DNA of 32,000 nt from Rhizobiaceae bacterium (GTDB taxonomy: Bacteria > Pseudomonadota > Alphaproteobacteria > Rhizobiales > MH13): positions 1,247,799 to 1,279,798 of the forward strand of contig CP121335.1 in the NCBI GenBank assembly GCA_043513715.1. The letters run 5' to 3'. The notes beneath the pieces were generated by a model. It was not told the DNA's origin, ran no database searches, and worked only from the letters and a program-made list of their open reading frames with translations. Below are positions 16,604 through 26,463 of this stretch, one piece after another. Both the position numbers and the translations under genes were made by a program. Positions within the stretch are counted from its first letter, which is position 1. Each line of letters starts with the position of its first letter.

Positions 16604-17767
16604 ATGACGGAGCGGCAACGGCAGCCTAACACCATGCCCAGTGACACCCCAATTGACACCTTGCGTGACCGGTTTTTGGATTGGCGTGCCAGCCTTTTGC
16701 AAAAGCCATCCTTTATTCGCTGGGCCACACGGTTTCCGCTCACCCGTGCGCTCTCACGCCAAAAAACCAGTGCGATGTTCGATGTGGTGGCGGGGTTCGT
16801 TTATACGCAAATCGTGACCACCTGCGTGGAGGTTGGTCTGCTGGAAGCGATGGCCGAGCGGTCGGTGACCGTGGCGCAACTTTCCAGCCGAATTGGTCTT
16901 GATGAGGATGCCACGCTGCGGCTGGTGCGTGGGGCGCAGGCGTTGGATTTGGTGAGCAGCCGATCTGGTGGGCGCTACGGTTTGGGCGAGCTCGGTGCTG
17001 CGCTTTTGGGCAACCCCGGTGTTATCGCCATGATCAATCATCACCGTATTCTATATGATGATCTGCGCGACCCGTTGGCGCTGTTGAAAGATCAGAAAAG
17101 CCCAACCGGTTTGTCCCGCTATTGGGGGTATGCGCAGGCCAGTGCACCAGGCGCGCTCGATAGTGAGGCTGTCGGTGACTACAGCGCGCTGATGGCTGCC
17201 TCTCAGCACTTTATCTGCGAAGAGGTGCTGGGCGCGTATTCGCTGGCACGACACAATCGCCTCATGGATGTTGGTGGCGGTGAGGGGCGGTTTGTTGAGG
17301 CAGCCCTCGGCGCGACGGCGAACCTGCAGGCGACCGTGTTTGATTTGCCCGCCGTGGCCGCGCGCGCGCAGGCGCGGCTTTCAGGCGTTGGCCTTTCGGA
17401 TCGTTTTGAAGCCCAAGGCGGGGACTTTTTTGCCGATTCGCTTCCACGCGGAGCCGACATCATCTCATTGGTGCGCATTTTGCACGATCATGATGATGAC
17501 AAGGCCTTGCTCCTGCTGCGGCAGGTGCGTGCAGCTTTGGAGCCGGGCCAAACGCTGCTGGTTGCCGAGCCTATGGCCGACACGGCAGGCGCGCAGAAAG
17601 CTGGGGATGCCTATTTTGGGTTTTATCTGCTGGCCATGCGCTCTGGCCGCCCGCGCACTGAGGCCGAGCTGCGCTCCTTTTTGGCAGAAACCGGTTTTGC
17701 GAACATTAAGGCGCCCAAAACGGCCAATCCTTTGCTGACACGGGTGCTTATTGCACAGGCATGCTGA
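16604..17767 (+). CDS. crtF: Hydroxyneurosporene / demethylspheroidene O-methyltransferase
   Basis: 387 aa with an N-terminal dimerisation/winged-helix region, SAM-binding LMDVGGGEGRF and the C-terminal O-MT fold. It occupies the conserved position after crtE. Confidence 0.9.
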   Translation: MTERQRQPNTMPSDTPIDTLRDRFLDWRASLLQKPSFIRWATRFPLTRALSRQKTSAMFDVVAGFVYTQIVTTCVEVGLLEAMAERSVTVAQLSSRIGLDEDATLRLVRGAQALDLVSSRSGGRYGLGELGAALLGNPGVIAMINHHRILYDDLRDPLALLKDQKSPTGLSRYWGYAQASAPGALDSEAVGDYSALMAASQHFICEEVLGAYSLARHNRLMDVGGGEGRFVEAALGATANLQATVFDLPAVAARAQARLSGVGLSDRFEAQGGDFFADSLPRGADIISLVRILHDHDDDKALLLLRQVRAALEPGQTLLVAEPMADTAGAQKAGDAYFGFYLLAMRSGRPRTEAELRSFLAETGFANIKAPKTANPLLTRVLIAQAC

Positions 17768-17822
17768 GCTGAATGCAGCCGGTATCAGCCAAGCTGCGTA
17801 AGGGAAAAAGCGCAGTTCAAAG

Positions 17823-17840
17823 TGTCAAATTTACTTGACA
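17823..17840. promoter_or_regulatory. PpsR/CrtJ palindrome 1 of the bchC promoter
   Basis: The sequence aagTGTCAAatttacTTGACAtg is perfect. Its right arm TTGACA (17835-17840) reads as a -35, with TAGAGT 16 nt downstream. Confidence 0.8.
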
Positions 17841-17848
17841 TGTCTATG

Positions 17849-17866
17849 TGTCAATTTAGAGTGTCA
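17849..17866. promoter_or_regulatory. PpsR/CrtJ palindrome 2 of the bchC promoter (one mismatch)
   Basis: The sequence TGTcaatttagagtgTCA lies exactly 8 bp after box 1 and overlaps the candidate -10. The two-site, 8-bp spacing matches the arrangement described for the Rhodobacter capsulatus bchC promoter. Confidence 0.5.
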
Positions 17867-17916
17867 GTCAGGCCCATTTGTGCCGTATTGTAAAAACTGA
17901 ACTGAAAAACCGCTAA

Positions 17917-18885
17917 ATGACCCTGTCCCTTTCCACCCAAGCCGTTGTGCTGCAGGCTCCTGAACAGCTTGCGCTCTGCCAGCTTGATCTGGCTGCGCCA
18001 GGCGATGCTGATCTGGTGGTTGATGTGGACTATAGCGGCATCAGCGCAGGCACTGAGCGCCTGTTGTGGAGCGGCCGCATGCCTGATTTTCCCGGCATGG
18101 GGTATCCGCTTGTGCCCGGTTACGAATCGGTGGGTCGGGTTGTGGATGCAGGCCCCCAGGCCGCGTCGCGCATTGGGCAGACTGTTTTTGTGCCCGGGGC
18201 ACGTTGCTTTGGCGACGTGCGTGGGTTGTTTGGAGGTTCGGCAGCGCGGGTGGTTTTGCCATCTGAGCGTGCGCCAGCCATTGCCGATAATTTGGGCGAA
18301 TCGGGCGTGCTTTTGGCACTTGCAGCGACCGCCTATCATGCGCTTGCTGCGCACGACGCTGTGCTGCCTGAGTTGATTGTTGGCCATGGTGTGCTTGGCC
18401 GTTTGCTGGCGCGCATAGCCACGTCTTTGGGCGATACCCCGCCGACCGTCTGGGAAACCAATGCCGCTCGCACCGATGGTGCAGTCGGCTACACGGTTCT
18501 ACACCCAGACCAGGATGAGCGTCGTGACTATGGCGCTATCTATGATGTCAGCGGTGATGCTGATTTGCTCGATACACTGATGGGCCGCCTCATTAAGGGC
18601 GGGCAAATTGTGCTGGCGGGCTTTTACGACAAGCCCGTTCAATTCGCTTTCCCCCCGGCCTTCATGCGCGAGGCGCGACTGCGTGTTGCTGCAGAGTGGG
18701 TGCCCGGCGATCTGGAGGCCGTTCTTGGCCTTACCGACGCTGGCAAGCTCTCTCTGGCGGGCCTCATCACCCATCACGAATCCGTTGCGAACGCCGATAG
18801 CGCGTACCGCACTGCCTTCAGCGATCCTGACTGCCTGAAAATGGTGCTCGACTGGAGCGATCTCAATCAGAGGAAAGCCTCATGA
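17917..18885 (+). CDS. bchC: 3-hydroxyethyl bacteriochlorophyllide a dehydrogenase
   Basis: 322-aa MDR-type dehydrogenase with VDVDYSGISAGTERLLWSGRMP.FPGMGYPLVPGYESVGRVV. It is the first gene of the bchCXYZ block. Confidence 0.95.
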   Translation: MTLSLSTQAVVLQAPEQLALCQLDLAAPGDADLVVDVDYSGISAGTERLLWSGRMPDFPGMGYPLVPGYESVGRVVDAGPQAASRIGQTVFVPGARCFGDVRGLFGGSAARVVLPSERAPAIADNLGESGVLLALAATAYHALAAHDAVLPELIVGHGVLGRLLARIATSLGDTPPTVWETNAARTDGAVGYTVLHPDQDERRDYGAIYDVSGDADLLDTLMGRLIKGGQIVLAGFYDKPVQFAFPPAFMREARLRVAAEWVPGDLEAVLGLTDAGKLSLAGLITHHESVANADSAYRTAFSDPDCLKMVLDWSDLNQRKAS

Positions 18886-19922
18886 CGTCCATGTTAGATG
18901 ACGCCCGCCCGCTCAACGATAGTGAGGCAACAACACACACGTTGATTGATACTCAGGCTGCGGTGCGCGCTGAAGCCGCGCAAGAGCCTGATCCGGTTCA
19001 TACCGGACCGGTCACCAAGGAAACGCAGATCATCGCGATCTACGGCAAAGGCGGTATCGGCAAGTCTTTCACGCTGGCCAACCTGTCTTACATGATGGCG
19101 CAGCAGGGTAAGAAAACCTTGTTGATTGGCTGCGACCCAAAGTCTGACACGACGTCGCTTCTGTTCGGTGGCAACTCCACGCCAACAATCATCGACACAT
19201 CATCGAAAAAGAAAGCCGCCGGTGAAGAAGTTGCCATTGGCGATGTTTGCTTCAAGCGCGATGGCGTTTACGCCATGGAGCTTGGCGGTCCTGAAGTGGG
19301 GCGTGGCTGTGGTGGTCGTGGTATCATCCACGGATTTGAAACGCTGGAAAAGCTAGGCTTCCACGACTGGGATTTCGACTACGTGCTGCTCGACTTTTTG
19401 GGCGACGTTGTCTGCGGGGGCTTTGGCCTGCCGATCGCCCGTGACATGTGCCAAAAGGTCATCGTCGTTGGGTCCAATGACCTTCAGTCGCTCTATGTGG
19501 CCAACAATGTGTGCTCGGCGGTGGAGTATTTCCGCAAGCTGGGCGGCAATGTTGGTGTGGCGGGCATGGTCATCAACAAGGATGACGGCACCGGCGAGGC
19601 TGCGGCCTTTGCTGAGAGCGTGCAAATTCCGGTGTTGGCGAGCATTCCGGCAGATGAAGACATTCGCCGCAAAAGCGCGAACTACGATATTATCGGCAAG
19701 CCTGGTGGCGAGTGGGGTCCTTTGTTTGAGGAGCTTGGCATGAACGTCGCCGAAGCGCCGCCCAAGCACCCAACGCCTTTGACCCACGAGCAGCTGTTGG
19801 AGCTGTTTAAAGGCAAAGAGAGCGAGAACAGCTACACCCTGGAGCCAGCGACACATGCCGACATGTGCGGCGTGAATTACGTCGAAAAGCCCTCCCTTGA
19901 AGTTGTTTACGACGAGGTTTGA
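18882..19922 (+). CDS. bchX: Chlorophyllide a reductase iron protein subunit X
   Basis: NifH/BchL-like protein with IIAIYGKGGIGKS, GCDPKSDTT and cluster-ligand CGGFG motifs. ATGA overlap with the bchC stop. Confidence 0.97.
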   Translation: MTSMLDDARPLNDSEATTHTLIDTQAAVRAEAAQEPDPVHTGPVTKETQIIAIYGKGGIGKSFTLANLSYMMAQQGKKTLLIGCDPKSDTTSLLFGGNSTPTIIDTSSKKKAAGEEVAIGDVCFKRDGVYAMELGGPEVGRGCGGRGIIHGFETLEKLGFHDWDFDYVLLDFLGDVVCGGFGLPIARDMCQKVIVVGSNDLQSLYVANNVCSAVEYFRKLGGNVGVAGMVINKDDGTGEAAAFAESVQIPVLASIPADEDIRRKSANYDIIGKPGGEWGPLFEELGMNVAEAPPKHPTPLTHEQLLELFKGKESENSYTLEPATHADMCGVNYVEKPSLEVVYDEV

Positions 19923-20110
19923 GGGTGAGCGCGATGGACCATCTTGATCGACCTAACCCTGGCTCAGACGGCGGATTTTCCGCTGATGGGCGAGAGGTGC
20001 ATGAAGTCGTTTATGACGAGGCTGGCCAGGTTCGGGTGAACAACGTGCCTGTTGCGCCGGTAAAATCTCAAGCGTCTGATGCGCCGGTTTCGCCTGTTGT
20101 TGAGGGTGAG
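19898..20110 (+). repeat. Short direct repeats at the bchX/bchY junction
   Basis: A 20-mer tgaagtYgtttaYgacgagg occurs at 19898-19917 and 20002-20021 (18/20 identical). An 11-mer ttgagggtgag occurs at 19919-19929 and 20100-20110 (11/11). The order is the same in both copies. Confidence 0.6.
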
Positions 20111-21580
20111 GGCTGCCACGCTGGCAAAGACACCATGTTGGAGGCTGCCAAGAAGGCTGGTCAGAGCGAGATGCTGGATCAGTTTGCTGCTGATTATCCG
20201 GTAGGCCCACATGATCAGCCCCAAAGCATGTGCCCGGCCTTTGGCAGCCTGCGTGTTGGGCTGCGCATGAAGCGCACCGCAACGGTGCTCTCTGGCTCAG
20301 CCTGTTGCGTTTACGGCCTGACATTCACATCGCACTTCTATGGTGCGCGGCGGTCGGTCGGCTATGTGCCGTTCAACTCCGAGACTTTGGTAACTGGCAA
20401 GCTGTTTGAAGACATTCGCGAGGCTGTGTTCGACCTGGCTAAGCCTGAAGATTATGACGCCATTGTTGTCACCAATCTTTGCGTGCCATCGGCTTCTGGC
20501 GTGCCGTTGCGGTTGTTGCCCAAGGAAATAAATGGCGTGCGTATCATCGGCATCGATGTGCCAGGCTTTGGCATTCCCACCCACGCTGAAGCCAAAGATG
20601 TACTGGCTGGCGCGATGCTGAAATATGCGCGCGAGGAAGCGAGCAGCGGCCCTGTGCAGGCCCCAGACGCGCCGCGTAGCGATAAACCAACTGTGACGCT
20701 GGTCGGCGAGATGTTCCCTGCCGATCCGGTGGTTATCGGCCAGCTTCTGGCGCCCATGGGCCTTGCTGCTGGACCCGTTGTGCCAACACGCGAATGGCGT
20801 GAGCTGTATTCCGCGCTTGATTGCGCAGCGGTTGCTGGCATCCACCCGTTCTACACAGCATCGTTCCGCGAGTTTGAAGCTGCCGGTCGCCCAGTCATTG
20901 GTTCTGCTCCTGTAGGGCGCGATGGTACTGCCGATTGGCTGCAAGCCATTGGCCGGGCTTGCGGTGTTTCCGCTGAGGTGATTGGCAACGCCCAAAACGC
21001 TGTTTTGCCTGCCATCGAAGGCGCTCTGGCGGCTATGCCGATAAATGGCCGCATCACGCTATCTGGCTATGAAGGTTCTGAGCTTTTGGTTGGCCGGTTG
21101 CTTGTCGAAAGCGGTGCGGACCTGCGCTATGTGGGCACCGCGCTTCCCAAAACGAGGTTCAGCGATCCAGACCGCGAATGGCTTGAGGCTAATGGTGTTC
21201 AGGTTCAGTTCCGCGCTTCGCTGGAGCAAGATCTGGCGGCGATGGCTGAGTTCAAGCCTGATTTGGCCATTGGTACAACGCCAGTTGTGCAGAAAGCCAA
21301 AGAGCTTGCAATCCCGGCGCTCTATTTTACCAATCTGATATCTGCCCGCCCATTGATGGGCCCTGCCGGTGCCGGGTCGCTTGCCACCGTCATCAATGCC
21401 GCGCTGGCCAACAAGACCCGCTTTGACACCATGACCGCCTTCTTCGAGGGCGTCGGCACTGGCGATACGGCTGGCGTCTGGCAGGACACGCCCAATGTGC
21501 GCCCGGACTTCAAGAAAAAGTACGCGGCGCGCGTCGCCTCCAAAACCAAAAAGGTCGTGGAGGGTTCCATCGGATGCTAG
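19919..21580 (+). CDS. bchY: Chlorophyllide a reductase subunit Y
   Basis: [46 protein letters not shown]. The start is uncertain: TTG 19919 (overlapping the bchX stop), ATG 19934, or GTG 20036/20045, which would remove an apparent ~40-aa N-terminal extension. Confidence 0.93.
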   Translation: MRVSAMDHLDRPNPGSDGGFSADGREVHEVVYDEAGQVRVNNVPVAPVKSQASDAPVSPVVEGEGCHAGKDTMLEAAKKAGQSEMLDQFAADYPVGPHDQPQSMCPAFGSLRVGLRMKRTATVLSGSACCVYGLTFTSHFYGARRSVGYVPFNSETLVTGKLFEDIREAVFDLAKPEDYDAIVVTNLCVPSASGVPLRLLPKEINGVRIIGIDVPGFGIPTHAEAKDVLAGAMLKYAREEASSGPVQAPDAPRSDKPTVTLVGEMFPADPVVIGQLLAPMGLAAGPVVPTREWRELYSALDCAAVAGIHPFYTASFREFEAAGRPVIGSAPVGRDGTADWLQAIGRACGVSAEVIGNAQNAVLPAIEGALAAMPINGRITLSGYEGSELLVGRLLVESGADLRYVGTALPKTRFSDPDREWLEANGVQVQFRASLEQDLAAMAEFKPDLAIGTTPVVQKAKELAIPALYFTNLISARPLMGPAGAGSLATVINAALANKTRFDTMTAFFEGVGTGDTAGVWQDTPNVRPDFKKKYAARVASKTKKVVEGSIGC

Positions 21581-23082
21581 TTCTCGATCATGATCGCGCT
21601 GGTGGGTATTGGGGCTCGGTTTACGCCTTCACCGCCATCAAGGGTTTGCAGGTGATTATCGATGGCCCCGTGGGCTGCGAGAACCTGCCGGTGACCTCAG
21701 TGCTGCACTACACTGATGGTCTGCCGCCGCATGAGTTGCCCATTGTGGTGACGGGTTTGGGCGAAGAAGAGCTTGGCCAAAAAGGCACAGAAGAGGCGAT
21801 GAGCCGGGCGCATAAAGTGCTCGACCCTGATCTGCCCGCTGTTGTTGTCACCGGCTCCATTGCCGAGATGATTGGCGGCGGTGTAACGCCAGAGGGCACC
21901 AATATTGCCCGCTTCCTGCCGCGTACAATCGATGAAGATCAGTGGGAAAGTGCCGACCGTGCCATCAAGTGGCTGTGGACGGAATATGGCCCGAAAAAAG
22001 TGAAGGCCCTAAAGCCGCGCAAAGAGGGCGAGGCCCCGCGCGTCAACATCATTGGCCCGATCTACGGTACATTCAATACACCCTCTGATCTGGCCGAAAT
22101 TCGCCGCCTCATTGAAGGCATTGGCGCGAAGGTGAACCTTACTTTCCCGCTCGGCAGCCATCTGGCTGATGTTCCTAAGCTTGCGGACGCTGAAGTGAAT
22201 GTCTGCATGTACCGCGAGTTTGGCCGCGCGCTCTGCGAAACGCTGGACCGGCCCTATCTGCAGGCGCCGATTGGCCTGCATTCCACGACGAAATTCCTGC
22301 GCGCTCTGGGCGAGATCCTGGGCCTTGATCCGGAACCGTTTATCGAGCGCGAAAAGCACACAACGATCAAACCCTTGTGGGACCTTTGGCGCTCTGTGAC
22401 GCAGGACTTTTTTGGTACCGCCAGCTTTGGTGTGGTCGCCTCTGAGACCTACGCAAGAGGCTTGCGGCATTTCTTGGAAGAGGAAATGGGCCTGCCGTGC
22501 ACGTTCTCGTTTGCGCGCTATACCGGCAAGAAAACCGACAATGCTGCCATTCGTGACGCCGTGCATAGCAAAACACCATTGGTGCTGTTTGGTTCCTACA
22601 ACGAGCGCATGTATCTGGCCGAGAAGCCAGGCGCGAGCCACGGGCCGCAGGCGCAGTACATTCCAGCGTCCTTCCCCGGCGCAATTATTCGACGTGCAAC
22701 GGGTACGCCGTTCATGGGCTACGCGGGGGCCACATACCTCATTCAGGAAGTGTGCAACGCGCTGTTCGATGCACTGTTCAATATTCTGCCGCTGGGCACT
22801 GACATGGATGCGGCGCAGGCAACTCCGGCTCGTTTGCTTGAAGATCTAAGCTGGGATGAAGACGCCAAGCGCTTACTGGATGATCTTGTTGAAGCTGAAC
22901 CCGTGCTGGTGCGCATTTCAGCTGCCAAACGCCTGCGCGATTCTGCCGAGAACGCCGCCCGCACTCAGGGCCTGCGTCATGTGAGTATCCAAACAGTCCA
23001 GTGCGTGGCCGGCGTTTCATCGACCAAGTCATCTGCACCGCAAGGCCCGGCTAACACCACAGCTTCACGGGAGCTGGCATGA
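21574..23082 (+). CDS. bchZ: Chlorophyllide a reductase subunit Z
   Basis: [36 protein letters not shown], 502 aa. It overlaps the bchY end by 7 nt. Confidence 0.95.
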   Translation: MLVLDHDRAGGYWGSVYAFTAIKGLQVIIDGPVGCENLPVTSVLHYTDGLPPHELPIVVTGLGEEELGQKGTEEAMSRAHKVLDPDLPAVVVTGSIAEMIGGGVTPEGTNIARFLPRTIDEDQWESADRAIKWLWTEYGPKKVKALKPRKEGEAPRVNIIGPIYGTFNTPSDLAEIRRLIEGIGAKVNLTFPLGSHLADVPKLADAEVNVCMYREFGRALCETLDRPYLQAPIGLHSTTKFLRALGEILGLDPEPFIEREKHTTIKPLWDLWRSVTQDFFGTASFGVVASETYARGLRHFLEEEMGLPCTFSFARYTGKKTDNAAIRDAVHSKTPLVLFGSYNERMYLAEKPGASHGPQAQYIPASFPGAIIRRATGTPFMGYAGATYLIQEVCNALFDALFNILPLGTDMDAAQATPARLLEDLSWDEDAKRLLDDLVEAEPVLVRISAAKRLRDSAENAARTQGLRHVSIQTVQCVAGVSSTKSSAPQGPANTTASRELA

Positions 23083-23131
23083 CCACTCTTTTCACCATCA
23101 CCCTTTTGACCACCCTTCAGGAGCACCGCTC

Positions 23132-23356
23132 ATGACCGATGTCACTGTGTCCAACACCCGTGCGCGCAGCACCGATGACCGCCGCGTCTACTGGCTGCTT
23201 TTTGCGCTCACTTTCGCTTTGGCGCTGCCAGTGGTGATGCTGGCGCGCCTGCTGCCCTGGCGGGTTTTTGGCGCACAAAACAGCGTGCGTCCTTCGGTGC
23301 TTGCGGAGGCACGATCGGCCGCAAGTGTTGCTGCTGGCTATGCCTTGATGGGCTGA
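23132..23356 (+). CDS. pufQ: PufQ-like small membrane protein
   Basis: 74 aa, the same length and position (between bchZ and pufB) as Rhodobacter PufQ. It has one central TM helix (VYWLLFALTFALALPVVMLA), and AGGAG lies 9 nt upstream of the ATG. Sequence similarity was judged by eye only. Confidence 0.6.
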   Translation: MTDVTVSNTRARSTDDRRVYWLLFALTFALALPVVMLARLLPWRVFGAQNSVRPSVLAEARSAASVAAGYALMG

Positions 23357-23400
23357 GGCCGGAAGAATCTGGCTGGCGCAAATGTTCTGCGTCTGCCGCC

Positions 23401-23419
23401 GCCCCTGATGACCAGGGGC
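23401..23419 (+). other. RNA hairpin in the pufQ-pufB leader
   Basis: The stem gcccctg / caggggc is 7 bp, all Watson-Crick, with loop atgac. No U-tract follows, so it is not a terminator. It may be an mRNA stability or processing element. Confidence 0.3.
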
Positions 23420-23565
23420 ACAGAATTGACCGGGCTTTTGCCAGGTCACCAAAGGTTGCCCCGGTTCGCTGGGTCAACATCGGGCACTTCAATTCGCCCG
23501 GTAATCCCCGCCGCGCGGGAGGTGCGCGGTAACCGCCGAAAGGCAAATCAGTGGAGGTCATTTCC

Positions 23566-23706
23566 ATGGCTTCAAATACCCCTTCGGGTCTCAACGCTGA
23601 GGAAGCACAAGAGTTTCACCGGCTCTTCGTGAAGAGCGCGATCGCAATGTCGCTTCTTCCGTTCCTCGCCCACATTTCGATGTGGTTCTACAACCCTTGG
23701 CTCTGA
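23566..23706 (+). CDS. pufB: LH1 antenna beta polypeptide (46 aa, absent from the ORF track)
   Basis: MASNTPSGLNAEEAQEFHRLFVKSAIAMSLLPFLAHISMWFYNPWL. It carries the EFH motif and the BChl-ligand His in AH-x5-W-x3-PW. GGAGG lies 8 nt upstream of the ATG. Confidence 0.85.
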   Translation: MASNTPSGLNAEEAQEFHRLFVKSAIAMSLLPFLAHISMWFYNPWL

Positions 23707-23735
23707 TGAGCCCGAATAGATAAGGACCTGAAAAC

Positions 23736-23924
23736 ATGTGGAGAATCTGGATTCTGTTCGATCCGCGTCGCCTTCTGGTGGCGCTTGCAGTCTTCCTGTT
23801 CACGCTTGCAGTTTTGATTCACTTCATCCTGCTGAGCACGGACAAATTCAACTGGTTGGAAGACTCAGCCATGAACAGCACCACGCATATCGAAACGATG
23901 ATTCCGACCAGCCATTACGGCTAG
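23736..23924 (+). CDS. pufA: LH1 antenna alpha polypeptide
   Basis: [42 protein letters not shown] is the canonical alpha-chain signature, with the ligand His in the TM helix. Confidence 0.9.
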   Translation: MWRIWILFDPRRLLVALAVFLFTLAVLIHFILLSTDKFNWLEDSAMNSTTHIETMIPTSHYG

Positions 23925-24067
23925 TTGCGAGGCTATCGTTCGCGAACGGTGGCGGAGGGCACTTTGGGCATATCTCTTTTGGGATTGTCTCGGTTCCCCC
24001 CGCCTCCCATCACTCGACAATTATTGGCTTGAGCTGACAATCCGCCCGCTCGGCTAAGGAGGACATC

Positions 24068-24898
24068 ATGGCTTTGCTCAGCTTCGAGCGGAAGTATCGC
24101 GTGCGCGGGGGCACACTGATTGGGGGCGACCTATTCGATTTTTGGGTGGGGCCGTTCTATGTCGGTTTCTTTGGCGTAACGACACTCTTTTTTACAATTC
24201 TGGGCACGGCGCTGATCCTGTTCGACGCTTCGCAGGGGCCGACCTGGAATATTTGGCTGCTTTCAGTCAATCCACCAGACATCTCTTACGGCTTGGCTCT
24301 CGCGCCGATGGCTGAAGGTGGTCTTTGGCAAATCATAACGATATGCGGCTTTGGTGCTTTTGCATCCTGGGCGCTGCGCGAGGTTGAAATTTGCCGTAAG
24401 TTGGGCATGGGCTATCATGTGCCCTTCGCTTTTGCGGTGGCCGTTTTTGCTTTTGCGACGCTGAACATCATTCGTCCGTTTGCACTGGGCGCGTGGGGAC
24501 ACGGTTTCCCCTATGGCATTATGAGCCATCTCAACTGGGTGTGGTTCACCGGCTACCAATACGGTAACTTCCACTACAACCCTGCGCATATGGTTGCGAT
24601 CACGTTCTTCTTCACCACAACGTTTGCCCTGGCCTTGCACGGTGGCATGGTGCTTTCAGCGGTGAATCCGCAAAAAGGCGGCACGGTGAAGACGCCAGAG
24701 CATGAAGACACCTATTTCCGCGACACCATTGGCTACTCGATCGGTACGCTGGGCATTCACCGTCTGGGGCTTTTCCTGGCACTGAACGCAGGCTTCTGGA
24801 GTGCAGTGTGTATCATTATCTCAGGTCCGGTTTATGCCGGCTCTTGGATCGACTGGTGGGAGTTCATTCGTGAAACCATCACCTGGAACGGCGTCTAA
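24068..24898 (+). CDS. pufL: Photosynthetic reaction centre L subunit
   Basis: [36 protein letters not shown], five TM helices, HGG and GIHRLGL motifs. AAGGAGG SD upstream. Confidence 0.98.
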   Translation: MALLSFERKYRVRGGTLIGGDLFDFWVGPFYVGFFGVTTLFFTILGTALILFDASQGPTWNIWLLSVNPPDISYGLALAPMAEGGLWQIITICGFGAFASWALREVEICRKLGMGYHVPFAFAVAVFAFATLNIIRPFALGAWGHGFPYGIMSHLNWVWFTGYQYGNFHYNPAHMVAITFFFTTTFALALHGGMVLSAVNPQKGGTVKTPEHEDTYFRDTIGYSIGTLGIHRLGLFLALNAGFWSAVCIIISGPVYAGSWIDWWEFIRETITWNGV

Positions 24899-24913
24899 GG
24901 GAGGACAAGAACG

Positions 24914-25897
24914 ATGTTGAATAACTATCAAAATCTCTTCACCCGCGTTCAAGTCATGGGACATGTCGAGCCAGGCGTTCCCATCCCTGATGAGGACACT
25001 GACTTTGAGCGCACAGCGGGCTTTTTGAGCTACTGGGTCGGTAAAATCGGTAACGCGCAGCTGGGCCCCATTTATTTGGGCGCGACAGGCGTTGCCTCTG
25101 TTATCTGCTTTGCCCTGGGCTTTGCCATTATTGGTTTCAATATGGCGGCCGACGTTGGCTGGAACCCAGTGCTGTTCGTGCGCGAGTTCTTCTGGCTGAC
25201 GCTTGATCCACCGGCACCTGAGTACGGTCTGCAGGTTCTGCCTCCGCTGCGTGAGGGGGGCTGGTTCATGATTGTCGGCTTCCTGTTCACCGCTTCAGTT
25301 ATGCTGTGGTGGGTGCGCATGTACCGCCGGGCAAAAGCGTTGGGTCTTGGTCTGCACGTTTGCTATGCTTTTGGCGCTGCAATCTGGCTGTTCCTTGTGC
25401 TTGGTTTCATCCGTCCCGTTATGTTGGGCACCTGGAGCGAGGCTGTGCCGTACGGCATCTTCACGCACTTGGATTGGACCAACAATTTCTCGATCCGGTA
25501 TGGCAACCTTTTCTGGAACCCGTTCCACATGCTCTCGATCGTCTTCCTGTATGGCTCAGCCTTGCTGTTCGCCATGCACGGGGCAACCATTCTTGCAGTG
25601 ACCCGTTATGGCGGCGAACGTGAGATTGAGCAGATCACGGATCGTGGCACGGCTTCTGAACGTGCTGCCCTGTTTTGGCGCTGGACCATGGGCTTCAATG
25701 CTTCCATGGAATCCATTCACCGCTGGGCCTGGTGGTTCGCAATGCTGACCACATTGACAGGTGGCATCGGTATCTTGATTACCGGTACGGTGGTCGATGA
25801 CTGGACGCTGTGGGGTATGAAGCACGGTGTGGTGCCGGAGGACCTCTCCTGGTGGCCCATTACACCAGACTCCACCTTCTCCTCCTGGGGACAGTAG
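24914..25897 (+). CDS. pufM: Photosynthetic reaction centre M subunit
   Basis: [47 protein letters not shown] upstream. No pufC or pufX follows. Confidence 0.98.
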   Translation: MLNNYQNLFTRVQVMGHVEPGVPIPDEDTDFERTAGFLSYWVGKIGNAQLGPIYLGATGVASVICFALGFAIIGFNMAADVGWNPVLFVREFFWLTLDPPAPEYGLQVLPPLREGGWFMIVGFLFTASVMLWWVRMYRRAKALGLGLHVCYAFGAAIWLFLVLGFIRPVMLGTWSEAVPYGIFTHLDWTNNFSIRYGNLFWNPFHMLSIVFLYGSALLFAMHGATILAVTRYGGEREIEQITDRGTASERAALFWRWTMGFNASMESIHRWAWWFAMLTTLTGGIGILITGTVVDDWTLWGMKHGVVPEDLSWWPITPDSTFSSWGQ

Positions 25898-25951
25898 TGG
25901 GCGAGTAGTTGATCGGTAGGCTTTAACTGCCCAATAGATCCAACAGTTGAG

Positions 25952-25985
25952 AGGGCGCTGACCAAACGGTTAGCGCCCTTTTGTT
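25952..25985 (+). terminator. Rho-independent terminator of the puf operon
   Basis: A 12-bp stem agggcgctgacc / ggttagcgccct (one G-U pair) with loop aaac is followed by TTTGTT, about 55 nt after the pufM stop. Confidence 0.7.
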
Positions 25986-26382
25986 ATACGTCTTTGCACA
26001 GTCCATTTTACAAGGTTCTGTTTTCCAAAAGGCGTTGCAGCAGCCGGTCGCATAAGACGGCGCTTTGGTATGGGTTATTTGCAAGGGGCGGGCCACTAGG
26101 GGAAGGTAGGGATACTTGGATAGCCTATAGCGGCGCTGTTGCGTATTCATCCAGTGTCGAGCGTCTGGCGTGTTTGAGCCGCATGGCGCAGTGGGGCCCC
26201 GTGCTTACCTTCTCGAATGAAGATGCCTGAATCACGGTTTGGTTGGAGGCTAACAGTTGCTGCATTGGCACTGAGGCAAGGTGTCAGCGTTGGTCAAACA
26301 ATCGGTAGAAATCCACCCCTAGGGGCTGCCTTTCCCGATGTCGGGTCCCGTTGGTGTTGTGCGATTACTGGAGAAAATTTGT

Positions 26383-26463
26383 ATGTCGATGTTCGAGCAC
26401 AAATTGAGCGCATTGATGATTTGGTTGGGCACTTTATTCGGTGTCGCCGGATCCACGAACTGA
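26383..26463 (+). CDS. Candidate 26-aa hydrophobic peptide (speculative)
   Basis: GGAGA lies 8 nt upstream of the ATG. It encodes MSMFEHKLSALMIWLGTLFGVAGSTN. It is too short for statistical support. Confidence 0.15.
   Translation: MSMFEHKLSALMIWLGTLFGVAGSTN

Noticed and set aside
20297-20995. 232-aa minus-strand ORF inside bchY, and 22009..22641 inside bchZ
   Set aside because: They are antisense to conserved chlorophyllide reductase genes and have no recognisable features.
23408-23632. 74-aa + ORF spanning the pufQ-pufB leader and the start of pufB
   Set aside because: It overlaps pufB out of frame, has no SD and is basic and low-complexity. pufB, with its GGAGG SD, explains the region.
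23925-24067. Search for the pufA-pufL intercistronic stabilising hairpin known from Rhodobacter
   Set aside because: I found only a 12-nt palindrome CGTTCGCGAACG (23937-23948) and a complement-but-not-reverse-complement pair (ggcggaggg / ccgcctccc). Neither forms a convincing stem.
25898-26440. Looked for pufC (tetraheme cytochrome), pufX, or a tRNA/riboswitch after pufM
   Set aside because: No CxxCH-containing ORF and no PufX-sized SD-preceded ORF directly after pufM. No T-loop-like GGTTCGAATCC and no B12-box-like element. Only a 10-bp palindrome cccctagggg with no obvious role.
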